This document shows positions 49,745-61,800 of a stretch of DNA of 64,000 bases, one piece after another. The translations under genes were made by a program, and so were the position numbers. The stretch spans positions 62,001-126,000 of the forward strand of contig JASTWF010000341.1 in assembly GCA_030390025.1 (NCBI GenBank), given 5' to 3'. The notes under the pieces were generated by a model. It saw only the letters and a program-made list of their open reading frames with translations. It was not told the origin of the DNA and ran no database searches. The stretch's first letter is position 1, and every line of letters begins with the position of its first letter. Origin of the DNA: Squalus acanthias. Its lineage: Eukaryota.

Positions 49745-49913
49745 GGAGGCAATTTTAACATAACCCGCCCATTGAGAAACTGACAGGATTGGGTGCAAGG
49801 CTGGTTTTACACCCCACCTGATTTTACTCTCCATTGAAGTAGATAAAGAAGGTGGGGTGGTCCACCCACGCCAGTGGGATACCAGCCCAGGGAGTTAGAT
49901 TAAAATTACCCCC
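49745..49913. mobile_element. Short MITE, ~170 bp
   Basis: Imperfect TIRs GGAGGCAATTTTAACATAACCC and GAGTTAGATTAAAATTACCCCC. A related fragment at ~21735-21820 shares ATTTTACTCTCCATTGA; possibly another at ~55180-55349. Confidence 0.6.
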
Positions 49914-50503
49914 TAAATGTCCAAACTTTGTACCCATAAAACCCTTTGAAATACAGACTCACCTCTAAGAAATTAATCTGTGAGACAGAGGCACTTCACT
50001 CAAACAATGAAGAGAAAGTTCCCTGCCATATACACTGTGGCATGCCAATGGCTACCTGTGGTGCTGTGGTGTCTGGCAAGTGCTGTGTATGATAACCCAA
50101 TCCTGATTAGATTATTTTGTCATCCAATAGCCCAGTGATATAAATGAATTGTTTCCAGTATTCAGGTGTGTTCGGAGAGACACCTACGCTTGTTAGTAAT
50201 CAACAGTATTGGTTTGATGGGCTTCTTTTTGATGTAATTCATCCAGAGCCAAAAGAATTGAAGAAAAATTTGCAGAATGTAGTTGCAGAAGCCATTTTGA
50301 GGATGGCACTTTCTTAAAAGAAACTGTTTGTAAGCTAAGAAAAACAGTAAAAGAGAGGACCAATAAGCTGCCTTTTTAGGGCTCCTTGCACCATGTATCA
50401 TGGTAGGTAGGCAGACAGATGCTACCTGCCGGGAAGTGTCCAACCTCAATTTTGAGTCTCCTCCTAGCATAGCCGAGATCACAAACATATCCCACAGAGG
50501 ATC

Positions 50504-51471
50504 CTCCTTCTTCTTCTTAGGCAGTCCCTCGGAACCGAGGATGACTTGCTTCCACATTAAAAATGAGTTCTCAGGTGACTGATGAGTCCAATGCGGGACC
50601 TACAGTCTCTGTCACAGGTGGGGCATACGGTGGTTGAAGGGGCGGTTGGGTGGGGTGCTTGGGTTGACGTGCGCTCCTTGCACTGCCTGCGCTTGGCTTC
50701 CGCTTGCTTCCGGCGAAGAGACTCGAGGTGTTCGGCTCCTTCCCGGATGCTTCTCCTCCACTTTGTGCGGTCTTGGGCCAGGGATTCCCAGGTATCGGTG
50801 GGGATGTTGCACTTTTTCAAAGAGGCTTTGAGGATGTCCTTGAAGCGTTTCCTCTGCCCACCTGGGGCTCTCCTGCCGTGCCGGAGCTCCAAGTAGAGCG
50901 CTTGTTTTGGGACTCTCGTATCGGGCATGCGGACGATGCGACCCGTCCACCGGAGCTGATCGAGCGTGGTCAAAGCTTCGATGCTGGGGATGTTGGCCTG
51001 AGCAAGAACACTGACGTTGGTGCGCCTATCCTGCCAATGGATTTGCAGGATCTTGCGGAAGCAGCGTTGGTGGTACCTCTCCAGTGCTTTGAGGTGCCTG
51101 CTGTACATGGTCCATGTCTCTGAGGCACACAGCAGGGCGGGTATCACTGCTGCTCTGTAGACCATGAGCTTAGTGCCAGGTTTGAGGTCCTGGTCTTCAA
51201 ACACTCTCTTCCTCAGGCGACCGAAGGCTGCATTGGCACACTGAAGGCGGTGTTGGACTTCGTCATCGACGTCTGCCCTTGTTGACAGTAGGCTCCCAAG
51301 GTATGGAAAGTGGTCCACGTTGTCCAAGGCCTTGTCGAGGATTTTGATAATTGGGGGGCAGTACTGTGTGGCAGAGGCAGGTTGGTAGAGGACCTTAGTC
51401 TTTCGGATGTTTAGTGTAAGGCCCATGCTCTTGTACGCTTCGGTGAAGGTGTTGACGATGGTTTGGAGTTC
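50504..51471 (-). mobile_element. RTE-clade (BovB-like) LINE, 5'-truncated, young
   Basis: Open 306-aa frame, short 3' UTR GTGGAAGCAAGTCATCCTCG...GAGGGACTGCCT and an (AAG)n tail. Possible GATC TSD. Confidence 0.9.
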
Positions 51472-51477
51472 GATCAC
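50557..51477 (-). CDS. RTE ORF C-terminal fragment (RT thumb region and C2H2 zinc finger); no native start
   Basis: GLTLNIRKTKV, FPYLGS, AFGRLRKRV, SETWT, QLRWTG, GGQRKRFKD, CPTCDRDCRSRIGLISHLRTH. Confidence 0.8.
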   Translation of the reverse strand: MIELQTIVNTFTEAYKSMGLTLNIRKTKVLYQPASATQYCPPIIKILDKALDNVDHFPYLGSLLSTRADVDDEVQHRLQCANAAFGRLRKRVFEDQDLKPGTKLMVYRAAVIPALLCASETWTMYSRHLKALERYHQRCFRKILQIHWQDRRTNVSVLAQANIPSIEALTTLDQLRWTGRIVRMPDTRVPKQALYLELRHGRRAPGGQRKRFKDILKASLKKCNIPTDTWESLAQDRTKWRRSIREGAEHLESLRRKQAEAKRRQCKERTSTQAPHPTAPSTTVCPTCDRDCRSRIGLISHLRTHF

Positions 51478-53519
51478 TCATTGTAACACTCCATGATGCA
51501 GTACACTGATACAACACATCTCATCACTACGCTGCCCTTGAGAAGATCTAAGATTTTCCATGGCAAAATGTTTGAGTATCGGCTGAAAATATCAGTTTGT
51601 GAGAATACAGAAAGAAATCTATGAGAAATCTAAATAAGCTTGTTTAACAGATCACAAGTTTGGTGCAGAAAATGATGGGATAATTTTCTTTACGTCTTTA
51701 TAATATACATGACCTATATAATTGATATAACCAGATGCTTGTTTCATGGGGATTTTTCCTCTCACGTCTACTATACCTCAGTATGAAATAATCAGTATGC
51801 AGAACAATTACAAAGCTAAAAGCGCAACAGCAAGTGCTGGTGAATTTGTCTGGCATGTTGGAAAAGGTGCTAGCACATATTAACAAATTTTATTCATTTT
51901 ACTTGCCCCGTCAGAGACATGCTGCTACTAGCTTCAGTAGTTAGGAATGTCTGTTAGTGAAATGATATCATAAAGGCAGTCAAGTGAGGGCAGACAGAGA
52001 CAGTTTAATTAAGCTCCTTGGTATAACTTTATCTGAAGCTTCAGGCATCAGGCTCAAAAAAAAGTGTAAAAGTGCACTCGATACTGAATGGCAACAGAAA
52101 AAGAAGATACTCTCGACAGCAAGCTCTCCCATTTACACTGGCGTCAGGTTGGCTACAGGTGAATAGCAGCAATATAACCGTCACAGCAGGAGGGGGAAGT
52201 TCAGGGAACAATCATTTATCTTGTATTGATTTCTGGAAACTATGTCCTAGATAAATTCTTCGGCAGAATGACAATGCTCCACTTTCTGCCCGTAAGAGAG
52301 AAGAAAATGAGTAGTGCCCCTGCCTTTGTTTTACTATCGTGTTTCACTTTACAAACATGCCGCAGTCGGATTCTTTCAAACAAGAAAATCTAAACAGTTT
52401 TATCAGTGTGACTTAGAGATAGTAAAGGTATCACCTGCTTGCTTTGCTGCAGCATGATTTGAAGTCAAGGGGTCAGAACCAAGCACAATTGGACCATTTG
52501 GTTTTATCCCAGGTAACCTTCTTTCTCTCGTAATTGAACCTGCTCAATTCGCTCAGAGATTCTGTCAGTCATAGCCACTGTCTGTCATTACTGCAAAATG
52601 CTTCTTGTCATATAACACTGACAGAACTGCTGCCGCAAGACTCTGAAGAACTCTGGGCACCCAGCATATAACGTTGCAGAAAATGAGCCCGAGTCCATTT
52701 CTCCAGGCACCATGTTCCAGTACAAAATTAATGATGTTCGAAGCTGTGGCCTAGCAGGTGAAAATGTGCTGCAACAATTATTCTAATGCAGGAATACCAC
52801 AGCACCAAATGTTGCTGTCAAGGAATGGTTTAATTACCCTGGCACCCATGCCACTTATAATCACCTGTCATTAGTAACAATGCTCGCATCTGTTTACACG
52901 TTCTGTCAGAAATGCCAGTCTGCCTCAGCCTAAAGAGGAGACAGATTTCTTAACGACAGAATTTGAAGTTAAAGGTCTTCTCATTGTTTCTGACCAGTAC
53001 AGAATTGAACTGAAGCCAGAAGCTCTCTTTTCATCACAGCTAATTATATATATGATGAAATCCAAACTGGCCTCTGTTACTTACTATACTGATTCTTTGG
53101 CTCCTTCCTAGTACCTGTATCTGATATAGACGGGGCAATTGCCCAAAAGAGAATAAAATAGGTATTTCAAAATTACAAGTCATGCACTTCCAGTGATGCA
53201 GTAGATCAGCTTTCCCTTTAGTGTTTAACTGACGAGAAAATGTACCCAATGTTCTCATTTATGAAAATGTGGCTCATTGGGATCCAGTGTTTGGATTTGT
53301 TTCCTCAATTCTGGACCCTTTTAATGTAGAAGTAGTGATTTATGTAAACAAAAATTTAAAGCATGTTTTGCAGTATTAACTGTTAATACACATACACATA
53401 AATTGGAACTGTTTAAATTTTGTTACAACCTAATCAAGGCTGTATTTAGAAAAATAATCAAATGTAAAATGTAACACCGGTGTTTAATTAGTACTACGCA
53501 CATCAAACTGAGCCTTAGA

Positions 53520-53905
53520 ATAAATTGCTTTTCGAAGTGCAGTGACTGTTATGTAGGCAAACATGGCAGCCATTCTACATTAATAATGTCCCATAAACAG
53601 GCAATGAGATGAATGACCAGCCAGTCATGCAATCAGTTTTTAGGTGGCGTTGGTTGAAGGAGAATATTGGCCTGGACTGGGACAACTTCCTGCTCTTCTT
53701 TCAATAGTGTAATTGGATCTTCAACGTCCACCTGATTTAGCAGAACTGAATCTGGATTTACCATGTCATTCAAACAGCATCATCTCTAGCAATGAGCATT
53801 CCCTCAGTCCTGCACTTGAGTGTCAGCTTAGATTATGTGTTCAAACCCTGATGTGGAGCTCTAGCCTACAACATTATGATCCAGCTGTGAGAGTAGTACC
53901 AAATG
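53520..53905 (-). mobile_element. Degraded Deu-type SINE
   Basis: Colinear with 22890-23270 (GGCAGCCA, ATGACCAG, ATATTGGCC, GGATCTT..CGTCCACCTGA, TCCCTCAG). Confidence 0.65.
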
Positions 53906-55424
53906 AGGGAGAACGAGAGAAAATGCGTCAGCCGAGGTACATTTGAGGCCTGCTGAAAAGTGGCATCAACAAAGGTCTAGGAACATGCCACCCTCCCATA
54001 GTTTCAATCATGGAGTAGTGTGTGGTGAATATAGGAGGCAAGTGAAAATAAAATTTATTCCATTTTGTAAATTAAGTGTTTTAAGTAAAGATAGATTTAC
54101 TCTCGCAATGTTAGCAGGTCTTTCTTTCCAATACTCTAGTGAACTTGAGTGTTTTCAACTGCACACAATTTATTGCAATATTTTTTTCAAAAAAGGCTAC
54201 TGTCTCAGTCAGATAGAAACATGAGTGAAACAGTATACTAGAGTAACAATTGATTAGCAATGCGGCATTCTCGTGATGGTAACGTAAAGAGAGGTTACAA
54301 TTGCACATTTATTAGATGGTAATGTGACTTGCACAGCCCACCATGTTCAGAGGAGCACTGAGAAAAAGTAGCTGCAGGAAACATCAGGACCTCCTGGAAA
54401 TGACCTAACTTTTTATTAAATAAGAGGGCATCGCTGTTGTTTCATCAGGTTAAGTCACAAAAAACTGGGTTTCCAAGCTGTCTGAGGAAAATCTATAAAG
54501 TTTTACAAAGCTCTAAACACTGGAATTTTACTATAATACAGCACTTTAACATTAAATCAGCACCCTCATATTCTCTACTTTTTCAAAAAATAATCATTTG
54601 TACCTTTTTATTTTTTAGTCTTTGGGATTTGCAAAGAAATCAGAAGTATAAAGATTTAAATTTTCTGGTTTATCAGCCAAAACTAGTTCCAGCGTGTTTT
54701 AGTGCTGGAATAGGGCACCGAGAGATGATTAAAGCAAGAGGTGCAGACTAGTGCTTTAATCAGCGCCAGGTTCCCCATTCCAGATAGAACACCCTGGGGC
54801 ACTCATTACAACCATTAGTATACATGACAATTTTCAAATTTGTTCTTTCAATGCGGCAATGTGCAAGTTTGTTAAGAACTCGCATACAGTGCCGCTTTTG
54901 ATCCATGACACTCAGTTTAAGAAAGTGGGCTTTTACACACATTAATGTCTGATCTTTGAGTCAGTCGGATTGCTTCTTTCCATTAATCCATGTAGCAACG
55001 TGAATTAAACATGTTTTGTGGTTTCAAACATTTTTTTTCCAAATTAATTTTCCTTCCAGGTACTTTTGACTAAATCTTAGCTGAGGGGGCAGGGTGGCGT
55101 CATGCTTTTATGGCGCTAGGACGTGGGCAAGATTAGCATGACAGGATATGTTCTCTCTTTTATCCTCACATCTTCTTGGGAGGTATTATTTTAACGAGTC
55201 CTTGTGTAACTCTCCCATCAGGTATATTGGAAATTTGGCCAAGTGCTGCCTACAATTTCCCATCTATTACAGAAAATTATGAGCAACGCCCAAGTGAATT
55301 TCCGATATGTGCAGCAGGCCAGCAAAACAGATTTGTAAAATTATCCCCCTCACCTCCACTTAATGGCCTCCCCTAAGTGCCAGTCCGCCTGGGAAATTCA
55401 CTGCTTGAGAAAACATACATCATT

Positions 55425-57850
55425 AGAACATAAGAAATGCCAAGGGTGAGAAAAGGCCATTTGGCCCGCCATTATCTGTCCCACTAATACTGTAGCTCTT
55501 CTATCTTAACATCTGACTGCCTTTTGAATGTCCCTAATGTTTTTGTCCCTACCACCCCCTTTAGCAGATTTATTTCAAACACTTGTCACTTTCTGAACAA
55601 GTTATTCCTAAAATTGGTTTTAAGTTTACTTTTTACTCATTTTAATTTATGCCTCATTGTTCTGCTTTCCTGGTGTATTTTAAAGTGTTATATAGTTTAT
55701 CTATATAATTTGATATTTTATAAATCTTGATGAGGATCACCCTTAACCGCTTCCTTTCTAAAATGTAGAGTTGAACTTCGCCAGTATTTCACCCTAACTT
55801 ATTCCCTTTACACACGGAATCTTGTTGCTCTTCTCTATACCTTTTTCAATGCCTGTGGATTTTTTTTGTAGGGTACGCCAAGTGTAATCTGACCAGTAAA
55901 GCACGAGCATAACCTCTGCATACTTGTACTGCATTGTGATGCTTCCCAGCATTGTTTGTTTTTTAATTGCTTCTCCACATTATCCAGACAGTGAAAGTGA
56001 TGTGTCTACTATTATTTGCATGTCCCTTTCTCAGTCTCTATTCAGTTATTGTCTAATTATAGACATTTTTAAACTTTAAACTACTATTTTACCACTTCAA
56101 CTTTTATTTGCCATTTGCCTGCCCAATTGCATAACAGATCTAAATCCTCTTGTAAGCCTTTAGCTGTAGCCTTTCTCTACTGTTCTCTCAGTTTTAGTGT
56201 TGCCAGTAAGTTGGTGGTGTCTAGGCCATTTAAGTGAATAAAAAACAACAAGGGTCCAAGTGCTGAGCTTTGGGAAACTCCACCCACACCCACGCAGTCC
56301 GACACTGTGCCTCTCTTGAGTACTTTCTATTTTGTAGCCAACTTTTTCTACCTTGGATTCCTGTGGCTATTAGCTTAACGAGAAGTCTTTCATGTGGCAC
56401 TTGTCAAATAGCTTTCTGACTAGCCAAATAAACTGCATTGTAGGAAGTTACATTATCTACTTTATCTGTTTTGCCGGCAGGATCTTTCACCTCTAATCCA
56501 GGTTGGCTGTTTTTTTATTAAGCTATTGCCACACAGATAATCTTCCAGCCTAGCCCTGTAGATAGCTCATCCGTTATTTTATCTGCTATTGATAGTCAGG
56601 TTTGTCACCCTTTTTAAATATAGGCATTTGCTCGCTTCTATTCTTGTGGGACTTCACCAGTCCCCAATGACTCCTTCATGACACTGGCCAGTGCTCCAGA
56701 ATTTTCCTCCCCAGTCTCCTTCAGCACCCGAGGAAAATATGCTATCTCACCCAGTCTCAAGTCTCTTTAACTATCAAGTGCTTTTACCACATTGACTTCA
56801 AATTGCCAATGAAAGTGGGTGCATTACAAAAATTGAATAGCAAATTAGTATTGTCTTATGTAGTGAAGATTGCCAGAAAATATTTAATATTTTTACTATT
56901 TTATTTTGTCCAAATTCATTACCACCAACATTTTAGAGTTCTAATTTCCTCTCTAACTACTATTATAAAACTGTAGTGATGTTTTAATATTTTGCTTTAT
57001 GGACAAGATTTTCTACCCATTTATAGGCAATGGTGGAAAATCTAGCACATCTTTTATTATGTATGTCTCTAGGGTCCTTTTTCTACCTGTAGTATTTTTT
57101 AACCTATTTTAGAGAATTCCTGTGCTCCTCCAACAGTTTTGCCCCTCTCTTTTCCCCTGTATGCTTCGTATAGTTTGTTTTACTTTCTTACTCCCATATC
57201 AGTTGCCTAAAGCACCCATTTTGGTCCATTAGCTTACATTTATTTTCTACAATATATAATTATCTTGTAATTTTTTTAAGTTACATTTTTCTTCAACTGA
57301 GATATTTTCAGCAATACTTCCCAGTTTAACTTGTGAAGGTTAACTTTTAAAAATATTATACATTTAAAAACCTTTAACACTGTAATGCTTCCAATACATT
57401 GAGATCAATAGGTAACATGGTCCTGGTAATGGTAACAGCTGTTATTCTTAACTGTTCCAGAGGCGACGCTGTAACCTCTTTCAGCCTATTTTAATAACCT
57501 CTGCTGCCACCAATGACATCGCAGCCATGCTCTTCACCCACTCCTGGGCCTCTCCTACACCTCACCTGCTCCCAAATATTATATTTTCATCCAGGTCCTT
57601 ATTGGTACTGATTGCCAAATAATATTTAATTATACAATCATTTGTCCCTAAAAGTTTCACTATTTCTGTACTATGGATGCTATCCTGATTCGCTTGTAAG
57701 AACCTAAACTAGATGCAAGTTATCCCTCGTCGGATTCTTAACACATTGGGTCAATCACACTCACTAGTTCTTATTCTGTTGCCTCACTTCCATTAGGAAT
57801 ATCCAATTTATACAGGCTTGATTGAAGTCACCCATGATTACATTTTCTGT
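55425..57850 (-). mobile_element. Ancient, heavily degraded CR1 LINE
   Basis: CR1-like tail AGAACATAAGAA...GGCCATTTGGCCC at ~55425-55470, FDKVPH-like at ~56390-56410, IMGDFN at ~57822-57840. Boundaries approximate. Confidence 0.65.
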
Positions 57851-57919
57851 GCATACCCTTCTTATATGATTACATCAAATGTTAGCGCTATCCTCCCAGT
57901 AGGGGTCAGTATTCTTGTT

Positions 57920-58216
57920 TATAACTCCTGTATGGGGTATGGTTCTACTTGCACCTGATTGCACCTCACTCAAGTGTGTGACAATGCTCAGGCTATTTGA
58001 CCACAGGGAGCCTGATCCCATCCTCACATGTACACTTCCAGCAGAGGTTGCTGATTTTTTCCACTCCCTAATCCAGAGGCACTGAAATCAATTGTAGTAC
58101 CCCGCCCACTACCATGGCCATCTGCTAACTCAGCACAGACCGGGTATTGCACGCAAGACCATCATGGTTTGTATGACTTAGTTACTCATTGGATAAGCTC
58201 GCTGAATCATCAGGGG
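57920..58216 (-). mobile_element. Old SINE, family C
   Basis: Minus strand contains CGGTCTGTGCTGAGTTAGCAGAT, CTGCTGGAAGTG, GTGAGGATGGGATCAGGCT and GAACCATACCCC. Confidence 0.55.
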
Positions 58217-58609
58217 AGTCTTTTCTGCCCATTTGTTAACCCAAGCCAAACTATTTCACATTGCGTCTTTCACTGGGACATCAATTCAGCTTCATTTATT
58301 TGAATCTTATCCTCCACTTCTCCTGTTTTCTCTGTTCTTTTCAATGTCTTACACCCTTACTTACTGAATTCACTCCCACCTTATGGGCTGAGCCATGCTT
58401 CTGTAATCCCTGGAACAATATAATTTTCAGTTGGTGCTTATGCCTCTTAATTCATGTTTGTAGCGTTCAGTATCCATGGCCTAGCATTTTATTGCACCAA
58501 AGAGTCATATTGCTGGCTGCCTCTTTGTAATCTTTTAATACAGTCAACTTTCCAAACTTAAAAACAATTAGTTTGGTATTGAGCTTTAAAGGCCAGAAAT
58601 AGTCTGAAA

Positions 58610-58825
58610 TAGTCGCTCACAGCTGGGGTGGCCTCAGGACCCACATGGCTGGAGTTCCCATTCATGACTGGTATCTAGCGATCCCTCTGCTAGAAAAGTA
58701 CATGTATGTGGATACTGGGTGAGGAGGACGACAGAATCGGGCTCGGCTTGTGATGCCTCCTCACACCTGAATAACCCATCAGCAGTCACTGTCTGGGCTG
58801 AAGAATGGCTACTTGTGTGAGGTAC
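58610..58825 (+). mobile_element. Old SINE family C fragment
   Basis: CTCTGCTAGAAA...GTGGATACTGGGTGAGGA...ATCGGGCTCGGCTTGTGATGCC...GAAGAATGGCTACTTGTGTGAGGTA. Confidence 0.55.
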
Positions 58826-61800
58826 ATTTATACTGCCAGTTTAATGTCTGCTTCGCAGCAATGCTAAATTGACAATGTAAATCTGGAGTCAGGCCCCAAC
58901 TTATCTCAGGAGTGAAATGATGTTAGACTCCCTGGAGGCAGTAGTTTCAGATTGCTTCAGTTTGACAGTGTATGGAATGTGAATATGAAACCTGTTTTGC
59001 AAGGTGTTCAGGGTTGGATACCTGGGCACTTTGAGTATCTACTATACTCAATTTAAACAGAGAGAAGGGATTTTCCCGTCCTTACTTTTTAAACATTTCA
59101 ATTTCTGACTGTTGAGAGATTTCTGTGCGTTAATGTGTCCTGGCATTCACAAGTGCTTTCCTAAACAGGACAGTTAAGAGGGTGCTGGAACTCAGACTCG
59201 GGTATAAATGCACCCAAGGGCTGCCACACCTGTAAAATGACACCCCAGTAAGAGGAGAGAGAAAAACAATGGAAAAAAAAGTAAAAAGAAACATATATGG
59301 AAGATTACAAATTAATTAGGTGAAGAACAGCTCCTCTGCACTTAAATTTGTTAACATGATTTTATTGTTAAAGTTTAAATCAGGATCCTTTAACTGTTTT
59401 GATTCTGAGGGGATGGTGGGGGGGGGGGGGGGCATTATGCTGTTTAACAAGTTATGTACCTCTCAACCCCTGTAATGCCACTCCTCATCATGACAGCAGT
59501 GAAGAAAAAGGTCTTCGTACCTGCCTACCTAAAGAAGGTTCCTGTTAAATAATGAACACAGACAGCTCTGGGACCATACACCTGCACAGCCTGCCTTTTA
59601 CTGCTTGAAAGGAGAGGCCACAGGGGATAGGCAGAAGGTGCATGTCTGACAGGGCCAGGACAGGCTTCCTCTGTGGTGACAGCCTGGGCCCAGCCTCCTA
59701 GGCCTGACCCACCATAATTCCTTCACAATGCAGTGGCAATGCAGCTGACAGTAGCAGCTGCGCCTCCTAAGCGAGATGGATGGAATTTTCATAACTATTT
59801 CCCCAAGTTACATTTCACCTTCAAGATAATTTATGAGCTGCTCGGGAGCCTTGAAGAGACAATATGCTTGCCATAAAATTAACTGTAACAGTCTTGTAGG
59901 TTATAATTAACAATGGGAGGGTAGCACCAACTGGATGAAACACATGGTATAATTGATGATGAAACTGGGAAATTAAGGAAGCTAACACCATCATTACTGC
60001 ACACGTCACTCCAGTAAAGCTTGAACCTTCTGAGTGTTAATTACAGCCCCCCGCACCCTGATGTGGGGATGAGCGTCTGAGCTGGGAGGAGACACTTTAT
60101 TGGCAAGGCCACCTTGCACCTGGGCTGACGTACATAGTATATGCTGCCTGGAAGAGAAATATGAGTCTAACCAACACGATCTCCTGAACATCTGTCGACA
60201 AGCCCGCCGTTATTTCCAAATACCTGTATGTGGCTCCTTAGGTGCTTTGTAAGCCAGCTAGACTTGTCCATTCAGGGTTTAGAGCCTCACTTTGCCTTTC
60301 AGCGAGCCAATAGCAATTTAACTTAATGAAAAATCTCATTAGTAATGAACGAGGAACAACTGTTCTTTTTCTAAGCTGCTTTCATTAGGCTTCTCTGCAC
60401 AATTAATTTTAGCAAAGCAGACAGAAGCTCTTTTCACCTCTACACTAACACTCCTAATTCTTTACTATAAAGTCCCAGCTTTCTGAATCCCAGGCCTTTA
60501 CTTCTTCATTTTCTGTAAGCTGCCGATTTATCCAGGTTTTTGTTTTCTCCTGTGGATTCCAAAATAATCTTACAGCTTAGTTTTAAAAAATCCTTTCCAT
60601 TGTCCTTCACAAATACACACATCACAGTGAATAATGAAGAAAAGAAGAACGTATCCTATTTATCCTTGAAAAGGAGGAGGCGTAAGGTTTCAAAAGGGGA
60701 AGACAGCGAGAGGAAAATGTTCTGGAGGAATCAAACAACAACTGGTGGCTGTTAAAATGTAGCATTTAATCAAACAGCGTTTCTATTGTTTGTAGGAGGG
60801 CTCACAGCTATTCAGCACAGCCCCGATTTGTTTCAAAGCTAGCAGACAAAAGTGACACAGGTGAAGGACGGAGGTAGGGAAGCACGAAGGGTCATGGCAA
60901 ACAAAAGGAATCCAGTATAACTTAAAATGCACTCGGGTCACAGGGCTTCGCGGGCAGCTGAACATCAAGCACAACTAAAAGTCCGACATCTTCATTTAGA
61001 GCCGAGCTTCATTCTCAGCATTTTAAGGCTGTGCTCTCAGTTTGAGCATGGTCTGCCTTCCTACATACAATCAATCTCCTCCTATTCATCACAATGTGAA
61101 CCTCCCTCTCTCATTCATCATATATTCATCCTCTACTATACTGGCCCCTTTTCCTCTCACTTTTTCTTCTTAATCTATACTTTTGATTCATTATGGGTCA
61201 GTAGATCTACATCCACCATGCCTTTTTTCTGAATCTGTCCTCCCCTAAAAAGGCAGCCTAGAAGCCAGATGGGCATCTTTACAGTCCATTTATCAAGCCC
61301 AATGCATCCTGCCTCAATAAGCATTCAGCATGTTTATTGCGCTAATGTGGTAAAGCCTCAGTGTAATCTGCAAATAATTTTCATTATTGTATTCTGACCT
61401 TACCAGTCTACAGCAGTTCGCACACAGAAACAGACAGACAAATGTGTTCCAAAATCTCACAGCTGGCAGTTTTAATGTTTGCTTGCCATCCGTAACACCT
61501 CTCATATTTTATTGACCAAGTAATGACCTTTACTCTGAAAAGGTCAAGAATGCTCAGTTCAAATGGCCTGAGCACCTCTTGAACAGCTATAACAGATTGC
61601 CCATCAGAAGCTATGTTCTGGCAAACAAGCTGCAGCCTTTACCTCATGTGATGTAGTCACTTCAACACATTCAGGAAGTGGGAGGTTGAGGGCGACTCTT
61701 ATCAAATCCAGCTGATCCCCTTCACCAGTGAAAGTAAATTGGTGTAATACAACTGCCTGATTTTTTAGAAAAACACAAGTGCTAATTATTTCCTGCTTTG

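Noticed and set aside
59416..59432. Poly-G run as a G-quadruplex element (also ~12982-12995)
   Set aside because: Simple homopolymer with no other support; its length is unreliable in assemblies.
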